From Octopus vulgaris (lineage: Eukaryota), in NCBI GenBank assembly GCA_951406725.2, contig OX597830.1:62124001-62188000 (forward strand): a DNA stretch of 64,000 nucleotides. Direction: 5' to 3'. The notes beneath the pieces are model-generated. The model ran no database searches, was not told where the DNA came from, and worked only from the letters and a program-made list of their open reading frames with translations. Each line of letters starts with the position of its first letter. Within the stretch, counting starts at the first letter, position 1. A program made the position numbers and the translations under genes. Below are positions 12,941 through 25,800 of the stretch, in pieces.

Positions 12941-15900
12941 GGCAAAATGTCTATGTGTGTGTGTCCTTTATACAAATCCACAATTTTTCAGTTAGAGGGC
13001 TCGCACTTTCTATGGTCATTCAAAACCGTCCAAGGGTGGTCGTGCACATCTTTACATTTCCCCAGTCACCCCGCAAAGCCATTAAAAAATCAATAAAGTG
13101 ACTTTTTTGTGAATTTTCTATACAAAACCCAATCAAAATGCCCGAAACTTGATACGCCAATTGAATGCCAGCTAACTGTATGTGATTGGTCGGAGATTTG
13201 GACAGTACTCGCGTGTATGTGCGCACGCACGCAGCTGTATATGCATGCACTAGCACTATGACCCGGCAACACCGGGTCACAGTGCTGGTATATGTATATA
13301 TGCATAAAATTTCACACCCAACTTGTGCCAGCATGGGAAATGGACTTTAGATAATGATTTTGCATATCATGTCTGTCTGTGGGAAATATCATCTACCATC
13401 TTGCTTAGAAACAGGTGAGGCTTGACAACAGAAAGGCACTTGACCATATTAAATTTACCTAAAACAAGATCCATCTGATGCATGCAAGCATGAAAAAGTG
13501 GATGTTAAAACAACAATGATGCTGGTAAAACCTTGAGAGCAGTAAGACAAATAGAACTGAACTAACAATGAATTATTGTTCCTTAGATTTTTTTTTTTTT
13601 AATCCTTTTCCAGAATAATTGAAGAAATGAAGAACTCTCCAACTAAAGATTCAACCCTTGAAACCAGAAAAAGACTTGCTGTGAAGGTGAGACATTCCTC
13701 CTTTATTCTTTTAGTTGTTTCAATCATTTGACTGCGGCCATGCTGGAGTATCGTCTTTCGTCGAGTAAATCAATCCCAGGATTTATTCTTTGTAAGCCTA
13801 GTACTTGCTCTATCGGTCTCTCTTGCCGAACCACTAAGTGACGGAGGCGTAAACACACCACCATCGGTTGTCAAGCGATATTGGAAGGACAAACACCGAC
13901 ACACAAACATATACACACACACATATATATATCGACAGGCTATTTTCAGTTTCCGTCTACCAAATCCACTCACAAGGCTTTGGTCAGCCCAAGGCTATAG
14001 TAGAAGACACTTGCTACTTACCACACAGCCACTCCTGCACCTGTTGGCGTTTATTTAAAGATGTTGCTAGGTTTAAGTATTTCGTTTCCCAAACTTGTGG
14101 TTTCAGGTTCAGTCCTACAGCATGGTACTTTGGGCAGAGTGTATTCTGCTGCACTCCTGCACTGACCAAAGCCTTCAACAAAATACTTCATTTTATATAG
14201 CTCTGCGATCACTTCACCTGATGCATGGTACACAATGCAACCATTCAGACAATGTCACTTTTGATGGACAGAGTGACCTAACATGTGGCACAAACATTTG
14301 ACCACAAATCACAGGTCATTCAGCAAAAGCTGATCGCTCGTACATTGTCTTCGACAGGAGAGTCCATCATGAGTGTGTGTGGATGTGTGTCTGGACATCT
14401 TCATTATGATGCAATCAATGTCATTCATTCCCAGTCTTCCATGAAAGGCATGTCCAGCTGTGGAAATTATTACCTTGCTTGGAAACATGTGAGGGTTGAC
14501 AACTGAAAGGCCCATCGAAGTGTTGAAAATCTGCCACAACAACTTTCACCTGATTCTTATTTCTTTATTGCCCACAAGGGGCCAAACATAGAGGAGACCA
14601 ACAAGGACAGACAAAGGGATTAAGTCGATTACATCGACCCTAGTGTGTAACTGGTACTTAATTTATCAACCCCCGAAAGGATGAAAGGTAAAGTTGACCT
14701 CGGCGGAATTTGAACTCGGAACACAAAGACAGAGAAAATACTGCAAAGCATTTCACCCGGCTTGCTTACGTTTCTGCCAGCTCACCACCTTTCACCTGAC
14801 TCTTGCAAGCATGAAAAAGTGGGCATGAAATGATGCAGATGTTCCTAAATTTTATGCATGCCTTCTTTATTTGCAGGCTTTCAACCATACAGCAGATTAC
14901 GATGCTGCTATTTCTGATTACTTCCGGAAGCAGTTTAGCCAGAATGTTTCCCACTTACCCCTGCGCTATGGTATGAACCCTCATCAGAAACCAGCACAGC
15001 TCTTTACCAATTTGTCAGAATTACCTTTGAAAGGTAAATGTTCTTCAATCTATCCAAAAACCTGTTTCAGTTGGTGATTCTCTCTTGAAGATTTCAGTCT
15101 CAATTCTAAAATAACATGGCAAGGCTATCCCTGCCATCATTGCACTTAAGTTCTACGCTCCCTGTAGAGCATATGCCATTAGCTTTTCTCTACTGTTCTT
15201 GACTCTGAGTTGTTGGGAGCCACACCCTCAGTATGTGGGAGTCCCTGAGAGAGTGATCCTTCCTCTCCCAGGTTTTGGTTTTGATTTATCTTCGATGCTC
15301 CTCTACCTTTGCCTTTTTACTAATTACAGGTATTCATCTTATGCAAATGCAATTTATCACTTCAAAAGGGTGGTCTCTCTTAGACTGGCCTCTGTTTTTT
15401 TACCTGTCCTGTATGGGAGACCCTACTAGGAGCTGACACTCTGCTGGCATGTATCTCAGGTATTATTTGGCCATACAAGCCACAACATCACAACAAGCAC
15501 TGGTAGGGATGTTGGCTGTATGTAAACTCATTTTTACCTCTGGAAAGGGATGGGCCATATTAGCATGGCTTACAGGCCCACCACACCACAGCAAGGACTT
15601 GTCCTTGTGGTCAGCCCACCGTCATCATCACTACCCTCTAAACCCCCTGAATTAGTGTTTGGGAATCTAGGACTCTAATTATAAATAAAATATTCTAATC
15701 TTGTGTAGGATACTCATTACAGGTGGTATTATGTAGACACCCACAAACTCTTCCTTCACCCCAATTATTTTCTACAGGTCATTCAGCCTACAAGGAATAA
15801 CTGAAGCCCTTTCAATTCTTCTATCTAGAAATGTCTCCTTTTTATTTCAGTTGATTTAAGAAATAATAAAGAAAATAGTGATTTTGTTGTTAAGCTCATT

Positions 15901-18900
15901 TTAGAAATTTTACCTGTGCTGGTGGCACGTAAAAAGCACCAACCGATCGTGGCCGCTGCTAGACTCCCCTGGCACCTGTGCCGGTGGCATGTAAAAAGCA
16001 CCCACTACACTCATGGAGTGGTTGGCTTTAGGAAGGTCATCCAGCCATAGAAACACTGCCAGATCAGACTGGAGCCTGGTGCAGCCTTCCTGGCTTCCCA
16101 GATCTCCGGTCGAACCATCCAACCCATGCTATCATGGAAAATGGACGTTAAACAATGATGATGATGATGAGAACGGAGAGGTGGGTTGTTATCAAAATGG
16201 TTCGATTACATCTTTTCTAAAAGATATGAATAAAATGACACACATTGGATAATACAGTCCTAGATACATTGTGCCTGAATAATAAACAGGAGAATCATGA
16301 ATAGATTGTCTTTGGTGGTAGATTTGCATTCCTAAGACTGATTTGGTGATAAATTTAGGATCTGGAATTAATGGAGTTTCTTTTTGTTGCAGTTGTAAAT
16401 GGCTCCCCTGGATTTATCAATCTCTGTGATGCTTTAAATGCTTGGCAATTGGTGAAAGAACTGAAAAATGCTCTTGGTTTGCCAGCAGCAACCTCGTTTA
16501 AACATGTCAGCCCTGCAGGTATGATCTTTGGCTCTACTTAGAATTTGCTCAATAATAGCTGTGCGTGTGTGTGTATGTATTCATTTTTATCTTGTGTTAA
16601 CATTGAAAAAATTGTAAAAGCATTTCATTATTCAAGCAGAGTCCCTCATTTGCAGTCTTCCCTGTAAACTAAACATATCTGATCAAGTATATTATTTACA
16701 TTTGATGGATATTTGTCCTCGTCTTGTTTGTTGTTAACACGTTTCGGCTAATATACCCTCCAGCCTTTGTCAGGTGTCTTGGGGAAATTTCGAACCTGGG
16801 TTCTCATTCCAAAGGTATTTTTCGATGTTGTTGCTGCTGCTGTTGTTCAAGTCACTGCCTGGAATTGAACTCGGAATATTGGGGTTAGTAGCCCACATTC
16901 TTAACCACCATACCATATGTCCATCAGCCGAAACGTTGTGTTAACAACAAACAAAATGAGGACAAATATCTGTCACAAGTTAATAATGTATACAATTCCT
17001 CATCTCTTAAATATAGAACTGTATTATGTGTGATCTAGGACAAATATTATCTTCCTTGGGAACAGATGAACGCTGGCAATAGAAAAGGCATTTAGCCGTA
17101 GGAAATCTGCTTCAACAAATTCCATCTGACCAATACAAAGATGGAAAAGTGAATGTTAAAATGAAAAAGAGAAGACAAAAAAAACAGAAGCCATATGTCT
17201 GTGTTGTAAAATGCCTTCCTTGTCTTCAGAAAGTTTATTGAATTTCAAGGACTGAAATTTTCTTTGTAATAAATACAGTGTAACCTAAGGAGGGTTCAGT
17301 TCTCACCAAATCAAGTCTCCAGGTTCCATATCAGTTCCTGACTGTTCTATTGATATCATTATTGATCCTAAAGAGAAGGCATGATGATCATCCCTTCCCA
17401 ATTCTTCTGAAACCTCTAATCTGTGAAATTTCTTTCGGAGTTTTATATTCTTCTGAAGGACTCTCATAATGCTTCTCTAAGCAGGATCTTCTGTCTTATG
17501 AAGATCTTGTGTAGAAGAACCACGAGATCTAAACATGTAAGAATCCATTATACCCAAATGATTGTGTTTTGGTCTTCTTCTTTTTTTCTTTTTCTTCTTC
17601 AATGTTGTTTGTCTATTTTATCCTCAGGTGCTGCAGTAGCCACACCCCTCAGTCCAGAACAGGCTCAACTGTGTATGGTAGATGATCTGAAGGAACTGAG
17701 TCCCCTTGCTGTTGCTTATGCAAGGGCCCGTGGTGAGTATATTAAACAAGCCCTGATATATTATATCAGGGAAATCCAAACTCTTGTAGAAGGGCCCCAT
17801 GTATATTTATGTTCAAGGGCTACAAGACATGTTTATGTCTTGTTGTTCTTCAGGGGTTATAGGTTTAAAATTAGGAGTAAGAAAAGACAACTCTGCATGA
17901 AGGTTGGTACATAATTCAGTTTCTTTCAACAAATTTTATTCAACAAAATCAATAACATCATCATCATCATCATCATTTAGCGTCCGTTTTCCATGCTAGC
18001 ATGGGTTGGACGGTTTAACTGGGGTCTGTGAAGCCGGAAGGCTTCATCAGGCCCAGTCAGATTTGGCAGTGTTTCTACGGCTGGATGCCCTTCCTAACAC
18101 CAACCACTCCGTGAGTGTAGTGGGTGTTTTTTATGTGCCACCTGCACAGGTGCCAGACAGAGCTGGCACAACGGCCACGAACGGATGGTGCTTTCACTTG
18201 TCAAAAAACTTTAAATGATTATTCTGGAGCATATTCACCATCTACTTCAATTACTGCTCCCATTTGCTTGGCAGACTGTCAGGCCATCATTTAAAGATGT
18301 TTTTGTTGAATAAAATTTATAGAAAAAAATTCGCAGTAATTCTGCACCAACCGAATAGTTTTGCAGGCTGAACTAGATTGGTTAATCTCTACTTATTGAA
18401 GGTCTTTGACTTTGTTGAGTCTGAATTTTCACAGCTAATTCTTTGAAATCTGGCTGGTGTGATATGAAAGCCATTTCCAAGTAATGTAGTTCTGCAAAGA
18501 CATTCATTGGGTTTCTTTTAGTTCCCATCTACCAAATCTACTCACAAGGTTTTGGTCAGCCCAGGGCTATAGTAGAAGGCACTTGTCCAAGGTACCTTGC
18601 AGTGGGATTGAACCCAAAGCCATGTGACTGGGAAACACACTTAACTATACTGCCATTTTACTATAATAGAAAAAATTCTATTCAACACATACTTCGGGCA
18701 TGAAGTTAAGATGCTGAGTATTTAATCACATGATTAGGAGTTCAAGCCAACCTATCTCAATTTGCCAATCTGATCTTCTTAATTCATTGAACTGTTAACA
18801 ACAACAGGAGTCGTAGGTGAATTTCCAATGTTTCCTTCTCCTGCACAAATCACTGTGACCAATCCTTCGTCAGATCTTCCTACTCTCCCACTGGAATCTT

Positions 18901-19833
18901 CTCCCTGCAGGGGTTGCCCAGCAACAGCTTAAACAAAATGTAAACAGCCTCAAGTTTACCAATCTTAAAGGGTCAGCAAGTGCCATGGGCCCTGCCCCTG
19001 TCTTCCACACACAGCAACTTAAGAATAAATAATTCTGTTTGATTTCTCCAACCAAATTCTAACTTTGATTCCGTTTACGTTCTTTATAGGAGCTGACCGC
19101 ATGTCATCATTTGGGGACTTCATTGCCCTTTCTGAACCCTGTGATGTCCCAACAGCTAAAGTCATATCAAGAGAGGTATTTGCGTCTTTTTTTTTTTTTT
19201 TTTTGTTTTTTTTTTGTGTGTGTGTGGAATGACTTTAAAACAGGAATTCTAATTTAAAAAACCACCCTTTAAAATTTTTTTGCACCCCCTCACCCTCTTT
19301 TCAGCTACGGAGAGTACAAATCAGCAAAACAAATTGGCAAAAGTCTGCATTTTTAAATTACCCCCCACCCCCATTTTTAAGAATTGTTTTTTTTTCTAAA
19401 TATGCGAGAAAATTGGACATTATGATTCAGACAAAAATTTCAAAACATTTGGGGGGAAAAGTCAAAATTGAAGGAAGGTGGGTAACGATGCTGATTTTTG
19501 GCAATTTTGTACATACTTAAATCTATACGTATATATGCATATGTCGGCACAGGATGTCACAAAAGTGCCAAACAAAATAGTACGAAGCACAACTATTCTT
19601 TTGAACAATGAAAGACTCAAATGGAAAACAAAGCAAACAACATAATGAAGGGACCCTTCATCAGTTGTTGGCTGTTTTTCTAGTCTCATATTTCAAGTAT
19701 TTAACAACAATATACGCTTTCAATAAAACATTTGGCCCTGCAAAGCAAATTAAATAAAATTGGGGATTTTGCCGAGGGTCAAAATAGGTAACATAAACAG
19801 GACAGTGAAAACAAATATGTGTGTGTGTGTAGG

Positions 19834-19871
<38 letters not shown>

Positions 19872-22800
19872 ATCCGTTAGCTATGAAACCTGTCTAGCCT
19901 GGATTTTATCTATTCCAGTCTCTAAAATATGTTATAAATAAATTGAAACATTTTCATCACTCTGAAATCCTTAAACATTTTTCATGTTTTTATTTTATTT
20001 TTTGTCTGGTGGGGAGTTGGTATATAAATTTTTATTTCGTTGTTTGATTCAGAATTGTCAAAGTATGGAATTAAACTACTGTTGTTCTCAGGACATTGCC
20101 TCCTTCAAATTCCCCAAAATTCCTCTTGTTACACCAAAGCCCTTTCTCCCCTAAGACTCTTTTACTGTTCCCTTTTCTCTATTTTTATGTTTTATTCTGT
20201 GTACGTGCTTTTGGCTCTCACTGCTGCCTTTATTTCCTTGACTTTATATCTCTGCTTTCTGTTCCCTCTTTTTGAACCTTTCTAATAATTTGGAGCACAC
20301 CAAAGAACTACATATAATAAACTCAATATTATTAACCTCGAGTTCAAATTTTGCCGAGGTCGATTTTGCCCTTTATCCTTTCAGGGTCGACACAATCAAC
20401 TATAAACCTCCGCCAAATACAGGTTTTGTATCCATAGTAGAAAGGGTTATTAGTGGTAACCTTCAAAATCTCATGGCCCTCAATTTAAAATGCAGAGTTA
20501 CCTGCTCTTTGAAAAAAAAATTGCTGTTTTCTGCGCATGCGTCAGTCTACAGTCCTCGGTCTCTTCCTGTCTCCTTTGGCTATATAAAGCCTCGTCTCCC
20601 TTCTTTCTCTCTTTCGCGATCTCTCGACCGGTGAGTAAACGTCTCCTCTGACTCGATTTCTCAGAACACGTGGGATATTTCTTTGCTTCACAGTATTTAG
20701 TCCCTGGAATTCTGAGAATCAGGCGATAAAACACCTCGTTTCTCATTTCATTTTGCTAACTACAATTATATATGCATACACGTGTATTTCTCTGGAATAT
20801 ATTGCGTATGATAAATAAGTGGTTTACATAAAAAAGATCTTGGGGAGTATTTTTTTTTTAAATTAGGAAAAAAAATTCATACGTGTTTTATACTAATTTT
20901 TTTTTTTATTTTACGGGTATATGTGCATGTTTTGGTGCATTTTATTATAAATAAAAAAGATGCCGAGAAGCATTTTTCGAGGGTGTGGATTACGACTAGA
21001 AGGCTAAAAATCGGGAAAAGATATTCTGGAGAATGCTCGGAATCATTCTCTCATTTTACTCGGATTTATGCGTTCATCTCATTGATATCCATCTTCGAGG
21101 GTAGACTACGTAATTTTCATATTTCAAACAGATCTAAAGGGTGAGGAGAGTAAAAATAAAGTTTGATGGCAACGAGATCGATTGAAGGGTTTTGATAATC
21201 CGAAACCTTTTTCCCTCCAAATTTTATTCGTCCGATTATAATCCTGCATCTTACCACGTTGTATCTACCAAATTTGATGAGTAAATATGCAGATTATCGG
21301 ATATGTGTGAGGAAACTACCAGTGGGGCACTAAACTGTAGTTAGACACTTTACCTTGTATATTTAGGTTAATTTACTGGTTCTTTCCATATATAAAGTTT
21401 AGGAGCGTGAAAACAAAAAGGCACCATGATATTGTTTCAGTCTCTTCCCATCCAATTCCCATTTTATAAGTTTGGTATCAATTTGTTTTTTCTTTTGATC
21501 AATGTTTGTAACATTATTAAAACATCAGCTTTATTGTAAAGCGAACATAGATGATTGTTTTCCGACCTCGTGGTGACCACCCGCTTTGAGATTTTCGACT
21601 TGGATGTTTGCTCGATGCTCTACCAACCATCTGTCGCTTGTATAGTTTATTGCAAATCCCATTAAATGATTAACAATCATTGTTTTAATTGAGAAGTTTA
21701 ATTTTCTTCCATGATTTTTAAAGCGACCGGGCGGGGTGAACCCTGCTTATAAATACTAATCTACAGTTTAGTCCTAAGTGCTAAAATATTTAGGCCAAAT
21801 CTGATGGTCGAGTGGGGCATTGTTGTCTTTGCTCTGTTTTACGACGCTGAGATGATTGAAAATTCATTCAAACGTAGTGTTCATTCTTGTTTTGGCGAAG
21901 GTAAGGAATACGCACACTCGGTATTTAGGGTTAGGGGGTGCTGTTTAAGAAGAGTGGTCCCGGTGCGCGTAGTCGCGCATCCGCTAGCTAGTCCTGACTA
22001 ATTGATACTACGACTACCTAGCAAAGTAAATAAAACACAAAAATAATTTTTTTACACAAAGGATCGACTAGACATGACTAGGTAGCGCGGATGAGCGAGT
22101 GCGCGCACCGGGACCACTCTTAAATAGTACCGGGTGAGGGATTTTGTTACGCTGAAAACTTGTGGTGTGCGTATTCTTTACCGCCGCCCTTGTTTTTTTT
22201 AATATTTTCTAACACGTTTCCTAGCTTTTATCAATCACTTTAGTAACTGGGGCCTTATAAAAAGGTTTTGTGTTTCTCACCGTATGAAGCAGGGATATTT
22301 GAGACTGTTAATCTGCATGGGTAGAGGGCTTAAGCTGATTTACCACTGTAACCCTCCAGGTGATTATTGGCATCTCACTGTTCTGAAGCAGCTACTTGTA
22401 TAAACTTTTTTTTCACGGATATATATATATATATAAAACTTTAAACTTCCAAATTGATTTCAGTAATTCTTTCTCTCTTTCTAAGGTCTCAGACGGTGTC
22501 ATCGCTCCTGGATACGAGGCTGATGCGCTTGCAATTCTCAAGAAGAAAAAGGGTGGCAACTATTGTGTGTTACAGGTAGGGGATATTGTTTTACCTGTTC
22601 TTCTGATTGACGTCTATATTTCAGGTGTGGGGAGATGATGATATTCTACATGCGTGTCAACTGACCCCTCGTGTCACAGAAATGTGGTCAGTTCTTGGCT
22701 GCATTCCCTGTCCACGGGTGGCTGATCATAACACATTATTCTGATCCCCTTTGCTATTAATTTCTTGCTTAATTGTTAATTAGTTTGTAAGGTAAATCCT

Positions 22801-25800
22801 ATTTTCTACAGCTTATTTAGTTGCTGGTGTGGTGCCGTTTCGTTATTACCTTAATTTTTCTGTTCTTTAGAACTTTATTTTTTTTTCTTTTCACTTTGGC
22901 TGATCCTGTGATTATTGCTTTTCAGATTGACCCCAACTATGATGCCCCTCCTGTGGAAACCAGAACTTTGTTCGGGTTGCAGATGCAGCAACTCCGTAAT
23001 AATGCTCCTATTACTAAAGATCTCTTCAATAACCTGGTGACCAATGGTAAGACGGTGAGTGTTATTTTGCGCAGTGCAGCTTTATTGGATTCTGAGCACT
23101 TTTGTCTCAAGACTTGGAAGTTTGCATAGGGGTTAATGAAATCCTTGAAGGATATTTCCTTTCATGTAATGGTATTGAAACCAAATTTCTAAAGCTGGAG
23201 GTGTTGGTAGGGCCTGCTCTATCGATTGAAAAGGAAAAAAATTTTTATAAGAAACAATTTCTTGGATCCCCTGACCTGACCCCTCTTGATTTCTAACTTT
23301 GGGGTGCATTTGAAAGGTATGGAGTTTCGCAGAAAGATAAGACCAATCGTTTGAAGGAACGCATCACCACTTCATTGCAAGTTGTTACAATGGTGTTTCG
23401 TGCCTATTCTTGAAAAATGCTTTTGAGTTGCATGTGCTTGTTAGTTCGCTGAGGTCTGTAAACAAAATCAAAAATTTAAATTATAGAGTGGGGTGAAATA
23501 AAACAAAGAGGAGAGATGCAGAACTGCATTACCCCCATTAAAAGAAAAATTTTTCCTATGTAAAGCGACCTTTGAATCACCCTGTAGAATGTAGTTGTAA
23601 GAGTGAAAATGTCCATTTTAAGAAAATTGTGTTCATTTGACAACTGATCCATGCTAGAATGAGTTGGACGTTGTGGCAAGATCTGGTGAGTCACAAGTCA
23701 TACTCGGTGTTAGTTGTTGTGCTGGCATGGATGGAGTTGCCAAGTGATTTGCAAATATAACAATGGAAGGGGACTCCTGGTCAGAGTGACCTTTGGTGTG
23801 GTGAGGGATGAGTGCTTTACGTTCCTGTTTAATATGTTTGGTGAGGATTTTGCCTTCCCTTCATAGTTATCGTGTCCCTTTCTCTCTGCATGTTGCAAGA
23901 TGAGATTAATAATGGTCAGTTTCTTGTTGCAGCTTCCTGATTCTGCTATCCGTGATTTGTTGGTGGCTTCCATCGCTCTGAAGTATACCCAGTCTAACTC
24001 TGTTTGCTATGCTCGTGACGGACAGGTACAGTTGCTTTGCTCTTTCTCTTTCTCTTTCTGACTTTCCTCCTCTTTGATAGGCTGTGTCAATCTGGGTATT
24101 CAAAACGGGTTTCTCTGGTTAATTTTTTAGGTGATAGGCATCGGTGCTGGCCAGCAATCGCGAATCCATTGTACACGGTTGGCTGGAGACAAGGCTGACA
24201 ACTGGTGAGTATCAGTTTTCTGGTTGATTTCTTTGGAGAACTGTGATGATTTCTTCTTCTGATTTCATTATGGAGATATGTGAAGAGGCTGTATCTGAGT
24301 TCTGACCAAACCTTATATTATTCCAATTGTTTGTTGTGGTTTCACCCCGTCATTCATCTACTGTAGGCATTAATTTCTTATATTTCTGTTCCCCCAGGTG
24401 GTTGCGTCAGCATCCTAATGTTCTTGGCTTGAAATTCAAGAAGGGTGTGAAACGAGCAGAAATGTCCAATGCTATTGATTGTTATGTTCTTGGAACTGTT
24501 GGAGAGGTATGTTGAGATCTTCAGCTTATTTAGTCATTTGGGATTTATGACTCAAAGCCTATGTTTTGATGTGCATTTGAAACCATCTTTTCTTTTTTTG
24601 TCTTGTTGCAGGATATGAAACTTTCAACTTGGGAAGATCTTTTTGAAGTCCGTCCACCAGAGTTGACAGAGGTTTGTGTATATTGCTTTATTCCACCGTT
24701 TTAGAGATTTTGAGGCAAGGTAGAATTCCTGTGGATTCTTTCTGATTCAACACTCTTGGACCATTTTGCTGTCTTTCAAACAGTGTCATAGAATCAGGTG
24801 GATTACTCTTACTTGTTTCAGTCATTTGACTGCGGCCATACTGGAGCACTGCCTTTAATCGAGCAACTCGACCCCGGGACTTATTCTATCGGTCTGTTTT
24901 GCCGAACCGCTAAGTAACGGGGACATAAACACACTAGCATCGGTTGTCAAGCAATGCTAGGGGTACAAACAGACACACATGCATATATATATATATATAC
25001 GACGGATTGGTATTAAAAGGATCAAAACACTAATCCTAGAAGCTGAATTCTTGCTATGTCTGTTTTACAAAGCTACAATTTCACTTTGCTTCTTAGCTGC
25101 CATACTGAAACATTTCACTAGAAAGTATTTTTGCCTTTATTATTGTAACAAGATGGGTTTTCTAGTCTCTAGTTACTGCGTTGTGACTGTCATTGTTGAT
25201 CTGGGTCACATTTTAATTGTTTAGGTTGTTTCATTATCCATCAAGTTCTGACTGTCAGTTAACTGGAGGCTACCCTTGCTTGTTGTTTGCAATCACCTGA
25301 AAGCCTTCTATCAAGATTTTATGTTTTGGTTCCTACACTCATTTTGCTAAATTTTCAAAGACAGCATGTTTTAGGAGCTGGATGCTTAGAAAGGGGTGAG
25401 TTTTGGAATCCAAACTTCTAGGCTAGGTACACTGTTTTCAGTTATTGATAAGCAGAATGGATGACAGGATCAGATGCATTTTCATTGTATGTCCTTGCTT
25501 TCTTTAATTTGTATATATTTTGGGGTGGGTAATGAACCCCTATTCAGTTAAGGGGAGTTTAGGACTTCAAAAGTACACAACTTGAAAATTTCTGATTGTT
25601 TTAATGGTGACTTTTTTTGCTCTAAATTTCAGAAAGATCGTATTAATTGGATAGCAAGCCTAGACGGAGTCTCTCTGAGTTCTGATGCCTTCTTCCCTTT
25701 CAGGGACAATATAGATCGTGCCTACCGGGTATGTAATAGCATATATTCCACATTCGTCTCATTTAAGTGAACTCATGATGAAAGTTTAGTCTCGTTCGTG

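Noticed and set aside
17381-17456. C/D-like motif (ATGATGA...CTGA...CTGA) in an upstream ATIC intron
   Set aside because: No adjacent terminal stem, no recognisable rRNA/snRNA complementarity, and ~170 nt from the 3' splice site; may be chance or a decayed snoRNA.
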